Origin: Nemertoderma westbladi
Lineage: Eukaryota > Animalia > Xenacoelomorpha
Assembly (NCBI GenBank): GCA_032718475.1
Contig: JAUCBJ010005842.1
Coordinates: 1-54,584, forward strand
Length of the DNA stretch: 54,584 nucleotides
Direction: 5' to 3'
Positions 11,932 to 24,209 of the stretch are shown piece after piece (position 1 is the stretch's first letter; each line of letters begins with the position of its first letter). The notes beneath the pieces were generated by a model. It saw only the letters and a program-made list of their open reading frames with translations, was not told the DNA's origin and did not search any database. The translations under genes were made by a program, and so were the position numbers.

Positions 11932-12185
11932 GAGACAGGGGGGGGGGGGGGGGGGGGGACTGGACGCAGAACCCGCCTTGGCGAATTATATCCCCCCTCA
12001 ATGTTAAATTCTTAATTTAAGGAAAGGATCAGGTTACAGTGGCACGTTATTTTAACCAAAACAATAAACTAAACACAATAGAACAGGTTACAGTTTTATT
12101 TTTGAGAGTAATCATGTGTTACTTGCGTCCAATTTCCCCTGGAGAGGGATGAATTTTTATTGTTACCAGTTTCCCCCCCTATCTG
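11932..12185. mobile_element. hAT-like MITE with poly-G/poly-C subtermini
   Basis: 8-bp TSD AGATCTTC (11924-11931, 12186-12193) and TIRs GAGACAGGGGGG / CCCCCCCTATCTG. Absent from the paralogous RTE at about 46265. Confidence 0.85.
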
Positions 12186-13124
12186 AGATCTTCACACTTT
12201 GTGGCCGTCCTCATTGCGTAATCCAATACAATTACAAATAGTGATGGCGCCAATGTGTCACAATATAATAATCCAATGCCAGCGACAATTACAGTACTTC
12301 TGGTATTCCATAAGTTCTTACGATTCCTGTATTTTTTAAATAAATATATTGAAATCACGATATATTATTTTCTTCACATATTCAGCCAAAGTGGAACGCA
12401 TAATATATTTTAATTATAACATATTTTCCGGCACTGTGCTTAAAGGTTGTGTGACCATAACCTACTATTGATACATTCATGATAGCTCATTCTACATACC
12501 TAATAATTTTTGTAGCCACAATTTACGGCTCTCTTGTGCTTTACAGTGCCAATTTTGCAACTTTTTTGGCTATTTTTATTTGTGTGAAAATAATAATAAT
12601 TAATTTTCATTATATTTAAATGACAACATAAAAAGAAATGGTAATACTGTAGTTTGTTTGATAAAGTAAAATAATAAATAATTAATATACTGTAGATACT
12701 GTATCTCACATGTGTGGTTTATTCTAGATAAAACAAAACTATTGAATTCTAATTTAGGTTTCATATTGCCAATTAGATAAACATTCCAGAATATTATAAT
12801 CAGATAAAATAGATGGTTAAACAAGCATAACATCCTATCCCACAATTAATTAGCTAACAAAACTTCAGATATTAGGTTGACCTATTATTTGTACAATTTA
12901 ATTAGTTAAAAGATTTCGAACACTAGATTTCGAAACTAGCTCATGTTCTAGAATTTTTAAACAGTAATAATATTGTTAACAACCTTTGGAAGAACAGAAA
13001 TAAAAATGAAAATTTATTCAAATTTTCACGAAATGTTTCATTATTCAATTTACTTTAAATTTCCAAGTTTAGCTACAGTAGTAAATTCCGGCTGCATGGT
13101 TTAGGACGCCCTCCCGTTATATAT

Positions 13125-13181
13125 ATGCCGTTATATAAAAGCGTTATATAAATAAAATAATCAATATTATTATTATTATTA
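13125..13181 (+). mobile_element. L2-type LINE/SINE 3' tail remnant
   Basis: AAAAGCGTTATATAAAT followed by (TTA)n, similar to 22075-22164. Confidence 0.45.
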
Positions 13182-14590
13182 CTGTATATTATTTGGTAGG
13201 CAGCAAACTCGTGACCTGCTCCTTTTCCCCAAGCTGTTGGACGCGTTTGAATGTAAATGAAATAGGCCCTACATGTCTTAAAAATATTAGACACCGGAAT
13301 TTGGTGACAATCTTTTGTCCATGGTGTCAGATTTATTTCATTTATAACTGATATGCCTGGCATGCCACTGTCCATTTTATGTAATAACTTTAACTGCAAT
13401 TTAATATTCTTGACCGTATGTATAAAATACGGTACGAGACGTAGTCCTGCTCTCTGAATGTACATATTTTATTTTGGACACATTTACAAATGTAATTATC
13501 AAATTACCGGTACGATTATTAATATGAAAAGTTGACAAATAGTACTGATATGAATAAGAATTGTGTTTCCAATAATTTTTAGTCGCCATGGCAACGGATG
13601 TGTAAACCAATTCAAATACTATTCATTTTACTTACATACCAAACCTTACAATCGCAGACGTTCCTCTTTAATTATACCAGACGTATAAATAAACTATGCA
13701 AATTTTGCCAGTTACCTAGGCGCAACCAAAAGCTATTAATAAATCTTAATAAATATAATATGAACATTTTCCACTATGTCGAACCATTCCAACTTAATGA
13801 AATATTATCGAAATAGTGCCGTAGAGAACGTGTTCCAACTAAATTTAGTAGGTACAGTAGAATGTAGCTTTCATGGACCTCTGTTGTATAACTAGTGGCT
13901 AAATATAGCTATATATATAGCACTAAACAACAGTGCATTGTGTGGCTATATTAATTATAAGAATGATATTTAATCAATATTTTTTCAGTCAACAAAATTA
14001 TTAATAGGCCTATAATATGTGTCAGGGTTAGGATACATCAAATAGCATTTTGTTGAATATAAATCTAATCTATTTAGTGAAAAATATATATATTAATAAT
14101 AGTATAATAATATATTAATATATAATGGTGTAGCTACTGATATATACTGTATATAATGTGTGTGTATAAGCCTAAATAATTGGCACATTAGACAATAATA
14201 GTTATATCTGGTATGCTGATAACTTTGAACATGGAATAATGATAGATTAGAGATGAAACAGACATGGGTCAAATCTCAATTCGTTGATGGATATTACAGT
14301 ATTATATAAAAATAGCAATTTCCTTGTACAGAAAGCGAAAGTTAAATCTTATATGGGGTGAATTTGAAAACCGGTAACAGAAAAATAACATGGGAGGGGG
14401 TCAATAAATTAATAAGTGTATTATTAATAATTATTGTATTATAAGTAAATAATTGTAAATTGTTTTTCGGTATCAGCAAAAAAACTCATCGACTTTTCGA
14501 TTTTGTTTATCGCATTTCTGGAAATCTCTGTTTCATACCTAAAATAAACATTCTTTAAAAATTAAATATTAGGCATTTTTCGAAATCTCT

Positions 14591-15859
14591 TCAGTTCCTT
14601 CTGAATCTAAGGCGCAATCTCTTGATTTGTTCTTTAGTATCATCACGAAACTTCTTTGACATGATAGCGTACACCAACGGATTTGCCATGTAATTGACAT
14701 AATATAAGTTGTTTATGAATTTGACAAAAAATGTCATTCCCATTGATAAATTATGATAATAATATTCGTAATCGATGTATCCAAGCATATTAAGTATGCA
14801 GCCTGGAACAAATGAGACAATATATATAAAGGTGACAGTTAGCAGCATATGGGCTGTCTTAGTCTGCATATTTTGCATCGTGGTCCGTTTCATATGATCA
14901 CCCTTCTCTTTCTTAAAGCCCTCAGTTGCCCTTTTGAATATTGAGTTTGATCTACCCCTCTCATTTACTTTCATCGTCTCTGCGGGCAGACTTAGTAGAC
15001 TTTGAGGTCTGATATCATTTGAAGGTGTGTCCCTATAGGTTGAATTATAGGATCCTATACTAAGTTTACTCGGAGATAAGGTCAAATTCGTGTTTAAAGT
15101 CTCGCATTCTGTAACGTCCAAAACCGTTGCTGTTACTGGCGATGGTTTAGATTTCTTCTCGATTTGATACAGCGGTTGGCTTTTCTTATGTTTCACCTGT
15201 TTCTTCGCTTGTTTGTATACTCGACAGTAGACTAATGTATACAAAATAATTATTGTCAATAACGATATTGATGTAACTAAAAAATAGAGGAGATTGATTA
15301 TTCCGGTTATGGTAACTTCCCCGTCCAGTTGTGTTGTTGGTATGCTCACCATGATAGAGAAGGCCCAACCCGCTACAGCCATAAACATAGCCCGTCTATT
15401 ATTCATTAAGAATTTAGTAGCATGACATATCGAACAGTATCTGTCAACAGCAATGGCAACAAGCGTGAAAATTGAAGCAACTTCAGCCATGACAGTAATA
15501 AACGTGTTTATTTTATATAAAGTTTTGTATTCCGATGTATCTTTAAAAGCTTCATTCACTATGATGTGGTAGAAGAATGTGACAAAGACATCTAAGGGCA
15601 TAGCTATTAGACATGCCATAAGGTCGATTAAAGCTAAGCTGATGATAAGAATGTCAGATGAATTCTTTCGAACCCGGTGGTAGTAGACTATCATAACCAG
15701 AAAGTTACCAATAATTCCAATCAGGGCAATGACTAACAGAAATGGTCCAACTATCATTCTCTCCCATGGTAGATAATCTAACGGGTTAGGTTCATCAATT
15801 TCTCCAGGAAGACCAGTTGCAGAAGAAGTTGTTGTAAACGTTTCTGTGGAGTTATTCAT
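14591..15859 (-). CDS. Class A (rhodopsin-like) orphan GPCR, peptide-receptor-like, single coding exon, 422 aa
   Basis: Seven hydrophobic segments with TM1 GIIGN, TM2 SLALID, DRY, TM4 W, TM6 SFVP, NPLVY and helix 8 SKKFR. It has an N-terminal NNS sequon and a long Ser/Thr/basic ICL3. The first ATG is at 15859; the ORF track starts at TTG. Confidence 0.95.
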   Translation of the reverse strand: MNNSTETFTTTSSATGLPGEIDEPNPLDYLPWERMIVGPFLLVIALIGIIGNFLVMIVYYHRVRKNSSDILIISLALIDLMACLIAMPLDVFVTFFYHIIVNEAFKDTSEYKTLYKINTFITVMAEVASIFTLVAIAVDRYCSICHATKFLMNNRRAMFMAVAGWAFSIMVSIPTTQLDGEVTITGIINLLYFLVTSISLLTIIILYTLVYCRVYKQAKKQVKHKKSQPLYQIEKKSKPSPVTATVLDVTECETLNTNLTLSPSKLSIGSYNSTYRDTPSNDIRPQSLLSLPAETMKVNERGRSNSIFKRATEGFKKEKGDHMKRTTMQNMQTKTAHMLLTVTFIYIVSFVPGCILNMLGYIDYEYYYHNLSMGMTFFVKFINNLYYVNYMANPLVYAIMSKKFRDDTKEQIKRLRLRFRRN

Positions 15860-15942
15860 TTTCAACTGTTACGATTAAGTTGTCAATTAATATCGTCTTA
15901 TAGTTTAATGTAATGAACATTGTCTTCCACAAGTGGCCAAAT

Positions 15943-15960
15943 CTGTAAAAAAATATTAAT
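15943..15960 (-). promoter_or_regulatory. Putative splice acceptor of a 5' UTR intron of the GPCR
   Basis: The minus strand has a T-run followed by ACAG|ATTTGG, 83 nt upstream of the ATG. Confidence 0.55.
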
Positions 15961-16729
15961 ACAATAATGTTATTTTAGAATGTTCGTAATAGTAAGACCA
16001 TCAGTGCAATATACAGGTTTTATTTAAGATTCTAGTGGAATAAGCAACAACTATAAATCTATATCCAAACAACTGCCGAATGCCGAGAACTGCCCAAAAA
16101 ATAGGAGATACGATGGGGGGACACTTGACACAATCAAAGAACTCCTCCCAGATGAAAATCAATGTAACAGTTGATTGTCCTGAAAAATTAAATTGTAAAC
16201 CTTTCTATTGTATCTCTTTTCTTGTTTTTGTTAGAATAACATATCGCACTGTGGACCTGCTCTTTTCAGTTAATTGGCAAACATTGTTACTTCGCAGAGA
16301 TGGAATTTTTGACATCAGTGAATATCTGTCTCAAAAATAGAATGCTAATAGGATATAAAGTTATTTCGTTCCTCTAATAAGACATAAGTGTGTTCTTTCT
16401 CACTCATATTAAGTTCTACACCTATGTCGTATTTAATCTTATAAATCCTGCGTCTAAACCTTGACTAATCCTACTTTCTACTATAATAATTCCTATTATA
16501 GTAAAAATAGGGTCTAATAATAGAATTGCAAACATAACCAAATAAAATAATAAAAATATATAAGCACGAATTATAGTTCAAGGCGTCAAGGTTGGGGGGT
16601 GAAATAGTGTATGTCGTCATGGTTTGGTGAAATCTAGTGAGGTAAGTCTCCAAAAACAAACTACAGTACTACTATCAATGGTGCCGTTGACAGTGTGATA
16701 GTGATGCTATATTCATACACACTACAGCT

Positions 16730-18960
16730 GAGCAACAGGAGTCTCTTGCCTCTGAGGCGGCAGATCACTGCGAGGGCTATACTGCCTTCACAGAAGCGGT
16801 TAAATTAGAAGCTGTAGAAACAGTTCCTGTATACCCTCGAAGCAGAAAAAGGACCACTGGACTGACCACAAAATTCGGAAGTGCCTAAATTTCCTCGATA
16901 TGGCGCAGAAGGAGTCCCAACTCAAACATAATACAGTGGCCAAGAATGCAGTTAAGGCTGCATCTAGGTCCTTGAACACTGAACGTACAGGCAGTACTCT
17001 GCTAATTTATAAGAGCTTAGAAACCAACATATTGATGCTATCAATGATGCCGATGACAGCAGGCAATCAACCTAGGCATTGAAATCTATCAACTTGCTGA
17101 GTGGGCGGAAAAGCCAACCAACCACCATGGTTAAGGCTGAATCTTGGTAGGATGTCTTAATGGTTGGAAGGCCCACTTTGAAAAGATCCTAAATAATGAC
17201 AGGGTATAACAAAAACAAATAACAAATGTGACGGGATCAAGGATCCCGACCGGATAGATTGACTACGCGTCACCGTTGTCTTTAGGGGTGCTGGCAGTTT
17301 GGCCAAGGCCGTTGCGGAAAAATATGGGAGTTCGATGTTATCTCCTGGTGTTGTATAATAATATATGTAATAGCACAATGATTGAATAACCGGTATACTG
17401 GTAGAACAGTATGTGTCTGAATGTTGATGACGTTTGGTGACGGTGAGTAAAATGTCACCGGTCTGCACTTAAGCTGATGACTGAGTAACTGAACCGGTAT
17501 GGTAATATGCATTGACAATATATGTAATCACTCCTACGCTGCTGTGGCCTTTCATCCAGTGGATGCTCTTCCCCGCCCCTATTGGCTGATAATCTACTTC
17601 ACGCCTCCCACTCTCTCTGGGAGTGTTTCCCCCTGCTGGTTGTTTCCTCTCCTGAGGTGATTTGACCTCTAACCTCCCTTTGTGTGGCTTTGGGGTTTGT
17701 GTTATCCCCGGTTATTGGTTGTGATACGAGATTGGTTATTGCCAATCTCGTATCTCCAATATTGCTGAAAAGGTGCCACTTCCCAACTTTATGAGGGTAA
17801 TGCGGCGGAATTGAATCCGCTCACAACAAAAAGTGTCTGAATATGTACTCCCCGGATGTATACCCATTCTTGATATCTCCTTTGCTGAAGTCAAGGCTGC
17901 TGCAAAGAGCATTAAGACCGATCGTGCCAGTGGAGTAGATGGAGTCCCCCCAGAGGTATTTAAAATACCTGAGTGTTTGGTGGTCATTCACCCTATAATA
18001 ATAGACAAGACATGTCTACGGATAAAAACTATATTTCTATGAAAACGAATAAGTTGGTTCCAGTCTCCAAGAAGGGCAACCTAACACTCTATGGTTCCTT
18101 TCGGGGAATCTCATTGATCTCGATTGCTGCAAAGCTATACAATAGAATTATATTAAATCGCATGGATCCCTTTGAGAGACTGCTCCATGGAAATCAGAAT
18201 GGGTTCCGTAAAGGTCGTGGGACCATGGAGCCCATTTTGGCACTTAGAAGGATACTTGAAGAGTTATCCAAAAATAAAGACAGACATCTGACTGTAATCT
18301 TTTTCGACTTCTTTAAGCCTTCGATTCAGTCTCTCGCTCACGTATCTTCAGCATATTTTCATTATACTGGTTTTCCTGACGAAATTATTGCAGCAATTAT
18401 TAGATCAGGATATGATGGTTCTACGTCTACGACATTTCTGTATACTGTTGATAGTGACACAGATCCATTTGAAGACTTATGCTGAGTCCTCCAGGTTAAC
18501 ACACCTGCACCATTCTTTTTCATAATTGTAGTTGACTATGTCCTACTCATGACCTTAGATCACCCACCAGTCATGATGGGGTATTTGTAGGCCTACGGTA
18601 TCACCCCCTACTGACTCCAGATGTCGAGGAAATCAAGCACCTAACAGAGGGGAACGCAAGGGAAAGACAGGCCGCATTGTGTGGGCTGTCCAGGATTTGG
18701 AAGTCACATAGGATACCTCAGAAACTTAATGTACGACCATTTAGAGCAGCAGTAGAATCAGTAATCCTCTATGGGAGTCCATGCTGGGCTCTAACCTCTG
18801 AGTTTTGTCTGCAATTTTGTCGAAAGGCAGCATAGTATTCTTAATGCTGCATCACAGCAAGCAAATTTAAGAGTGCATGGTGGTTGGTGGTGGCACAAAT
18901 TTTATTGATAGGTATCATAGCATCTTAATGTGCATCTGCAATGCACAGGTCGACATAGAT
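16730..18960 (+). mobile_element. Degraded RTE-clade LINE (family B-related)
   Basis: Fragmented RT motifs RASGVDGVPPEVFK, KKGNL..RGISLISIAAKLYNRIILNR, QNGFRKGRGT and a VLQ...APF-like stretch. The 3' part resembles the 52.9-53.4 kb copy. Ends are approximate. Confidence 0.8.
17194..17757 (+). mobile_element. Helentron/HINE-like insertion within the RTE
   Basis: Imperfect inverted repeats TGACAGGGTATAACAAAAAC and GTTTGTGTTATCCCCGGTTA, followed by a perfect 13-bp hairpin GATACGAGATTGG-n6-CCAATCTCGTATC (17723-17754). Confidence 0.55.
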
Positions 18961-19504
18961 AGAGACTACTTCTAAGTGATGTAATACTGTGCTTTAAGTT
19001 TTCAAATTTAGGAGGCTAGAATTTAATATATTATGTGAATCGCTAAATTAATCAATAATGGTGGTATCAGTTATCAGATAACCCCAAAAATGTCTTGCTT
19101 ACTTCATAACCACCCTCTTGGCTCTATGGGTAGCATTTTAATACTTTTCGTTGGGCACAAAGTCGGAATTTTCGTCCAGGTGGTATCGAAATGGTGAGTC
19201 GCGAGCGCCAACTTGGAGGTCTGGCGCTCCAACCATTCTGATAGCGCTCACCTATTCTTGCTTGCTATTTAAGTAATATCTGCCTAACTAGATTGGTGCC
19301 ATCTTTGGTGGTACCTGGACCTGGACGACCAAAGGTTTCGAGAGCGACTGGGTCACAGTTTTTTGGAAAATTAAAATATGTAATTATGGGTAAAGGCATC
19401 TTTTTAATACAAAATATGCTTGTTAGAAATTAGTGCCGAATTGGCAGCTGGTGACTGACTGAGTTGTATGTACGTTAGATGAGTCATTACTAAAGAGGCA
19501 TTTT

Positions 19505-19733
19505 CAAGACGGAGGTGGGGGTGGGTGCAAATCATATTAATATCTCGTCACAAGTGAAGAGAAATTGGTAAGTTACAGTGGCATGTAATTCTAACTAAAA
19601 CAATTTTAAGAAATTCAGTAGATCATGTTGCAGTTATATTGTTGAGAGTGATCAGCTGTTATTTGCGTCCATTTTCCCGTGGAGAGGGATGCATTTTGAT
19701 TGCAACCAGAACCCCCCTCCCCCCAAATATGTC
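19505..19733. mobile_element. MITE related to 11932-12185
   Basis: Shares GTTACAGTGGCA, TTGCGTCCA.TTTCCC.TGGAGAGGGATG and G-rich/C-rich ends. Confidence 0.65.
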
Positions 19734-21529
19734 AAGAGGTTACCGCAGCAGCGTCCAGCCAGTAACACATTTGTGTTATGTAATGAAAAGCTTTTATTCA
19801 ATTTCAATGTTGTTAAAGTTTTAAAAAGTGGCAACTTTAATTAACTCAGTACAGCAACCCCTCAACTGGAAACTGAAAGCTTTTTACAACATCTTAAATT
19901 CATACACACATACCTCATTGGTACCCTCTACGGGATTTGCTTTTCTTGTGTAAATATAAAAAAAGATTTCAGTTTTTAGTTTAGGGATTGCTGAATAGTT
20001 GATTAAATATGCCACTTCACTGCCTCATAGTATGAGTCATTGAACAATTATTAGGGACACCTTTTGAGATACTGTAAAATCACGAACAAATTTCTGGATT
20101 ACTTTTGCCTGTTCCAGAGCCACATAATTGAGTCGAGTTGGATATATGTGTGAATGCCATGGCTCCCTAAAGTCTTGCATAGTATTTAATTTCCCTGAGG
20201 AATGTGGAGCTACTTATGTTTAATAGATTATAGAATACATTGTAATTTTTTATGGCCTCGGGTCAAATTCTCACATCTCAAGATAAAGTACAGCATGTGC
20301 GTTTATTTTCCATTCCTTCCACGAAATTAATAATTGACCAAGAAAGCATAGGCCTATATATCTTATACAATGTTATGACTTGCATGAATGATGTGTAAGA
20401 TGAAATTACCAATTTGTTAATGTATTTAATATGTTGTATTTTTGTTTTACGCAGTTAATTTATGACTTCTAACTTCAAAAGATCTACATCTACATCACCA
20501 TCACCCACCCACCCTTGCCAATGCTTTACTGCTAAGCCTGGCTTGGCTATATGCCTTGACAATACGGAATAAACTATAGAATTCAAAATCAAAACTTAAA
20601 CTATGCTAACGCAAATAACATGCAGGTCGCATGGTAGTGTAGGTATACGTAGTTCAAGATTAGTATTACAGCAGTGCGTGTAGAGACGTTAACGAGATTA
20701 CTGAGGTCAGACTGCCGGAAACTGATACAAGGCAGATCAGATTGCAAAATCGCAAATTCGCAAAAACTTCCTGCCGCGAATCCGGGAAAGCAACTAAACG
20801 CATAGCCACGGGCCTCCCATTTCTTTCAGAAACTTGAGGCGAGGCCGTAAATTTATCCACATTCAATTCCACATTCAACCTCGAAATAGGCTCCGGGCTG
20901 TGCCGTAAATAATTGAATTGATTGTAATCCATAGCTTCAGGGCGCAGAACAGGTCGTGCGCAAATAAATACTGTAGTTTCAAAGTGCAATAAACTCAGGA
21001 TTCTTTCATATAAATTACGTTTTAGTAACATGTTTTGATCCATGGTTTACAATTTCAAAGAAGGACAAATACTACCTATATAGATAATGAATACGTGTAG
21101 GTTATCAAAATAATCATAGCAAGTATTATATAGCCCTGATCTTGTAATTTGTTAAATTCAATACATTTCGAATATGCTATCTGTAAATTAGAGATTTCTT
21201 AAAGTGACACAAGTGAAACTCATGCGGTAGCTATAGTAACAATTTATTGCTCAGTATCTAAAGTAAAAATAAAAAAGTTATTTTCTTCCGTTATTCCAGG
21301 GATAACACACAAAGTCTGACGACTTATTTTAAGTGCACACCACATCCCATAGAGGAACTGGTAGAAACTTATCGACCTGTTAATGATGCAAAGACAAGAT
21401 GCCCCTGTGGTTAATAAAACAATCACTCAGAAATGAAAACTCCTCAGGCCTTGAATCCACGACTTCTATGGATACAGAAGACGGGGTCCGCACTTATTTT
21501 CACACAATGATAAAACTCAAATTACTTAT

Positions 21530-21835
21530 AACCACCCCGCTGCATTGTAGCTGCACACTGATATGCTGTGCCGGCTTATCGACAATAGAACGACGTCACA
21601 ATCCCCCATGACTTTCGCCTGGTCGCATCTTCACAATTATACGCATATCTTTAAGGAACAGTGTCCTTTATGAGGCGTATTAAGTAAGTAAACTCTCACT
21701 CACTCACTCTCCATGAGGCCATCTGAGTATACAACAATGTGCACAGGGTGCCCGGGTGGTCCTCACAGCGAAAGAAAATGTCTTGAAAGCGGGTCTGTAC
21801 AAGTGTGAAGCTTGTGGGAACCAATGAGACACCTC
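21530..21835 (-). mobile_element. Diverged RTE family B 3' fragment
   Basis: ATGCTGTGCCGGCTT.TCGACAA, TCCTCAC.GCGAAAG and GGGAACCAATGAGACAC match family B on the reverse strand. Confidence 0.7.
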
Positions 21836-22074
21836 CAATTTGTTATATAGTTATACAACAAGTTATACAGTACAAGTTATATAGTTTCTGGTTGGAGATG
21901 TGTGCATTGTACTTGGCGCAGTGAACTCAACGTAGCATTATTGCGAAAGTGCCATCCAGAGATTTGGTACACTTTGCAGTTATTAAACTCGAATGAAACC
22001 GTAATTAAAATTGTCATGTAACCCTCCTCGCCTATAGCTACTGTACCAACCCAGCGGAATAATGGAAACCCGGC

Positions 22075-22164
22075 TTTGCTGGGGGAAAAATAATACAAAC
22101 GCTTTGAGTATACCGAGCGTAGAAAAGCGCTATATAAATAATTAATAATATTATTGTTATTATT
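22075..22164 (+). mobile_element. L2-type LINE/SINE 3' end
   Basis: CGCTTTGAG...AAAAGCGCTATATAAAT followed by a degenerate (TTA)n tail, the typical L2-clade 3' terminus. Confidence 0.55.
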
Positions 22165-23006
22165 AAGTCCTTAACACTGGGTCATAACATTACAGGATAA
22201 GCATGTGGAGTGAGGAATTTAATTTCACCGAAGAGCAAACCTCAGTGCGTTACTGTATGTGGTTTGTAGGATTTCGGTTTTGAAATATTTCAGTCCAAGT
22301 CAAAGTATTAGCATCAAGTGTCAGTCAGCTCTTATTTATATTTTTATGGAAATGGATTGGAATGAATTTTCATTAATTTCCATTTAGGTTAACAAAAAGC
22401 GCATCATATTCATCAGCTCCGTAATATTAATAACTGTTTGTTTCAATGTGTGTTCAAAATGGCAGGCAAACGGATAAGAGTATGTCGGTACCGGTATATA
22501 TAAATAATAATTTAATAATTCAAACAGAGAAAAGGCAGTCGTGAGGTGAAGATCAATTCATGAGAGGCTCCTCTCAGTTATAATCGTATCCATTGCATTC
22601 TTGGCACGGACGAGATGCGGGAAAAAAGCACTTCATTATGAATAATTTAGATAATAATTAATTATTAACTTATGAATGCATTGAATGGTAAGGGATCGTT
22701 ATCAACGAAAAGGATGCGTAATAAATGTCACGTCACGTCTTATATTCATATAATTATTCCATCTCAGGACCTGTAGTATACATTCACAGCGGCGCAACGG
22801 CGGCAGACCCAAACAATTTACTCCAGCATCCATACACTTTCTAAGTTTGCTTCTCAAGTCATATTTAATTGTGAAGGCGGCGAAGGTAATTTATTGACTG
22901 GCCGTCATGTCATGTCAGACGAAATATGGAAGTTGCCATAGTGCAAGGTCGCGAACAGACTGATCCTCCCCGGGCCCTGCAGATAGCAGTGCGACTGGCT
23001 ATCTTA

Positions 23007-23401
23007 GACCCGTGCTCCACAGGTAACTCATGAGTCTTCGTATGTCATAAGTCATTTTCAGATTTTGTCTAAGTCCATATGTCAAAAGTACCGCTCCCGT
23101 GCTCCACTGGTAAAGTCATCAGTCATAAAGTCTTTTGTTAAATAATACAAGACGCGTCTCACATTTTTTCTCTGTGCAATATTTTCTGACTTGCTTCTGT
23201 GTAAACAATCTTGCCGGATAGAAACTCATGAGTCGTATGTCAAAAGATGGTAGATTGGACATGGCATAAACACTTTCGTCTCATGAGTCAACAAACGACT
23301 TATGACTTATGACATACCAGTGGAGACGCTTCCATTGAAACCAATGTGTTTCATAATTTATTTCCACTTATAACAAACCACTTACCAGTGGAGCACAGGC
23401 C
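23007..23401. mobile_element. MITE (PIF/Harbinger-like)
   Basis: TIRs GACCCGTGCTCCACAGGTAA and TTACCAGTGGAGCACAGGCC, with internal TIR copies and CTCATGAGTC/TCATAAG repeats. TTA lies on the left flank. Confidence 0.6.
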
Positions 23402-23552
23402 AAATTGGCAGGATTTAGGATTGCACGGTAGGACTTGGTTTTGCCAATGAAAAGTCAATATAATTGTATCAAATATTTACTTTGTGTGTTAACTGCGAAA
23501 TATTCAACATTGTGCATCCTGAATAATATATTGGTTTATGTATCATTCAGAG

Positions 23553-23739
23553 ATGGGGGTAAACGCTACGCCTACACTTTCACAAGCCTACACTTACACA
23601 TCCACCTACTTGTAGGCAGATCGGTAAAAAAGCAGGTTACAGAGGCGGGTTGAAAAGAACGGGTGTGATAGCGTGCGTTGTCGTTGTGTAGGCATCTGTA
23701 GGATATGTAGCATGTAGGTGTAACGTTTATCCCCTCCAT
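23553..23739 (-). mobile_element. Short MITE with (CCTACA)-type subterminal repeats
   Basis: Ends GGGGGTAAACGCTACGCCTACAC and GTAGGTGTAACGTTTATCCCC. The core is the reverse complement of 41718-41840. Confidence 0.75.
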
Positions 23740-23903
23740 TGCAGCTGCATTTTTAAGAATGCTGTGCCGGCTTGTCGACAAAATTGCGCCGCCACAACTC
23801 CATATCACCCTTGACATTTGCTATATCATCCGCATCATCAAGGCCTATGTCCTTTAAGATGCGTCACAAGAAACTCATGGGCTGTCCACCATGCTTATTC
23901 ATT
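23737..23903 (-). mobile_element. RTE family B 3' fragment
   Basis: Near-identical reverse complement of about 815-981. Confidence 0.85.
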
Positions 23904-24209
23904 GTCATTAAAACGATCAATAATATATATAACTAGCATTAAATTATTGAATATTGATACCAATTGTATGCCATAGGATGTCAGGTCTGAGTTTATTATA
24001 ATAAGGTCAAATAATTGAAAGGTCATGTTACTTAGGCCTAAATAATACTGGCTATTCATAAGTAATATATAAAACTGTAGGTGTTGTGAACTGTAGGTAC
24101 TGTGGGTTGTATTTCATTCCTTTTGATTCCGTTTGATTTCATTCCTGTTGCATTTCATGCATCACATTTCTCGAATATTTCATACTAAGGGTTGGACAAC
24201 ACAATGGCT

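Larger units (their letters stand above)
10835..12325 (-). mobile_element. RTE-clade LINE 3' portion (family A), interrupted by two insertions
   Basis: RT motifs FADDIAL, GLHINATKT, FQYLGSWI and VESVFLYGGETWTL. Colinear with the copy at 45467-47568. Confidence 0.9.

Noticed and set aside
20666-21043. 125-aa minus-strand ORF in a CpG-rich patch
   Set aside because: It has no recognisable motif. It is probably non-coding repeat interior, though I cannot exclude a regulatory region.
21440-21500. tRNA or tRNA-derived SINE head (B-box-like sequence; also near 50825)
   Set aside because: There is only a degenerate B-box resemblance, with no cloverleaf or convincing A-box.
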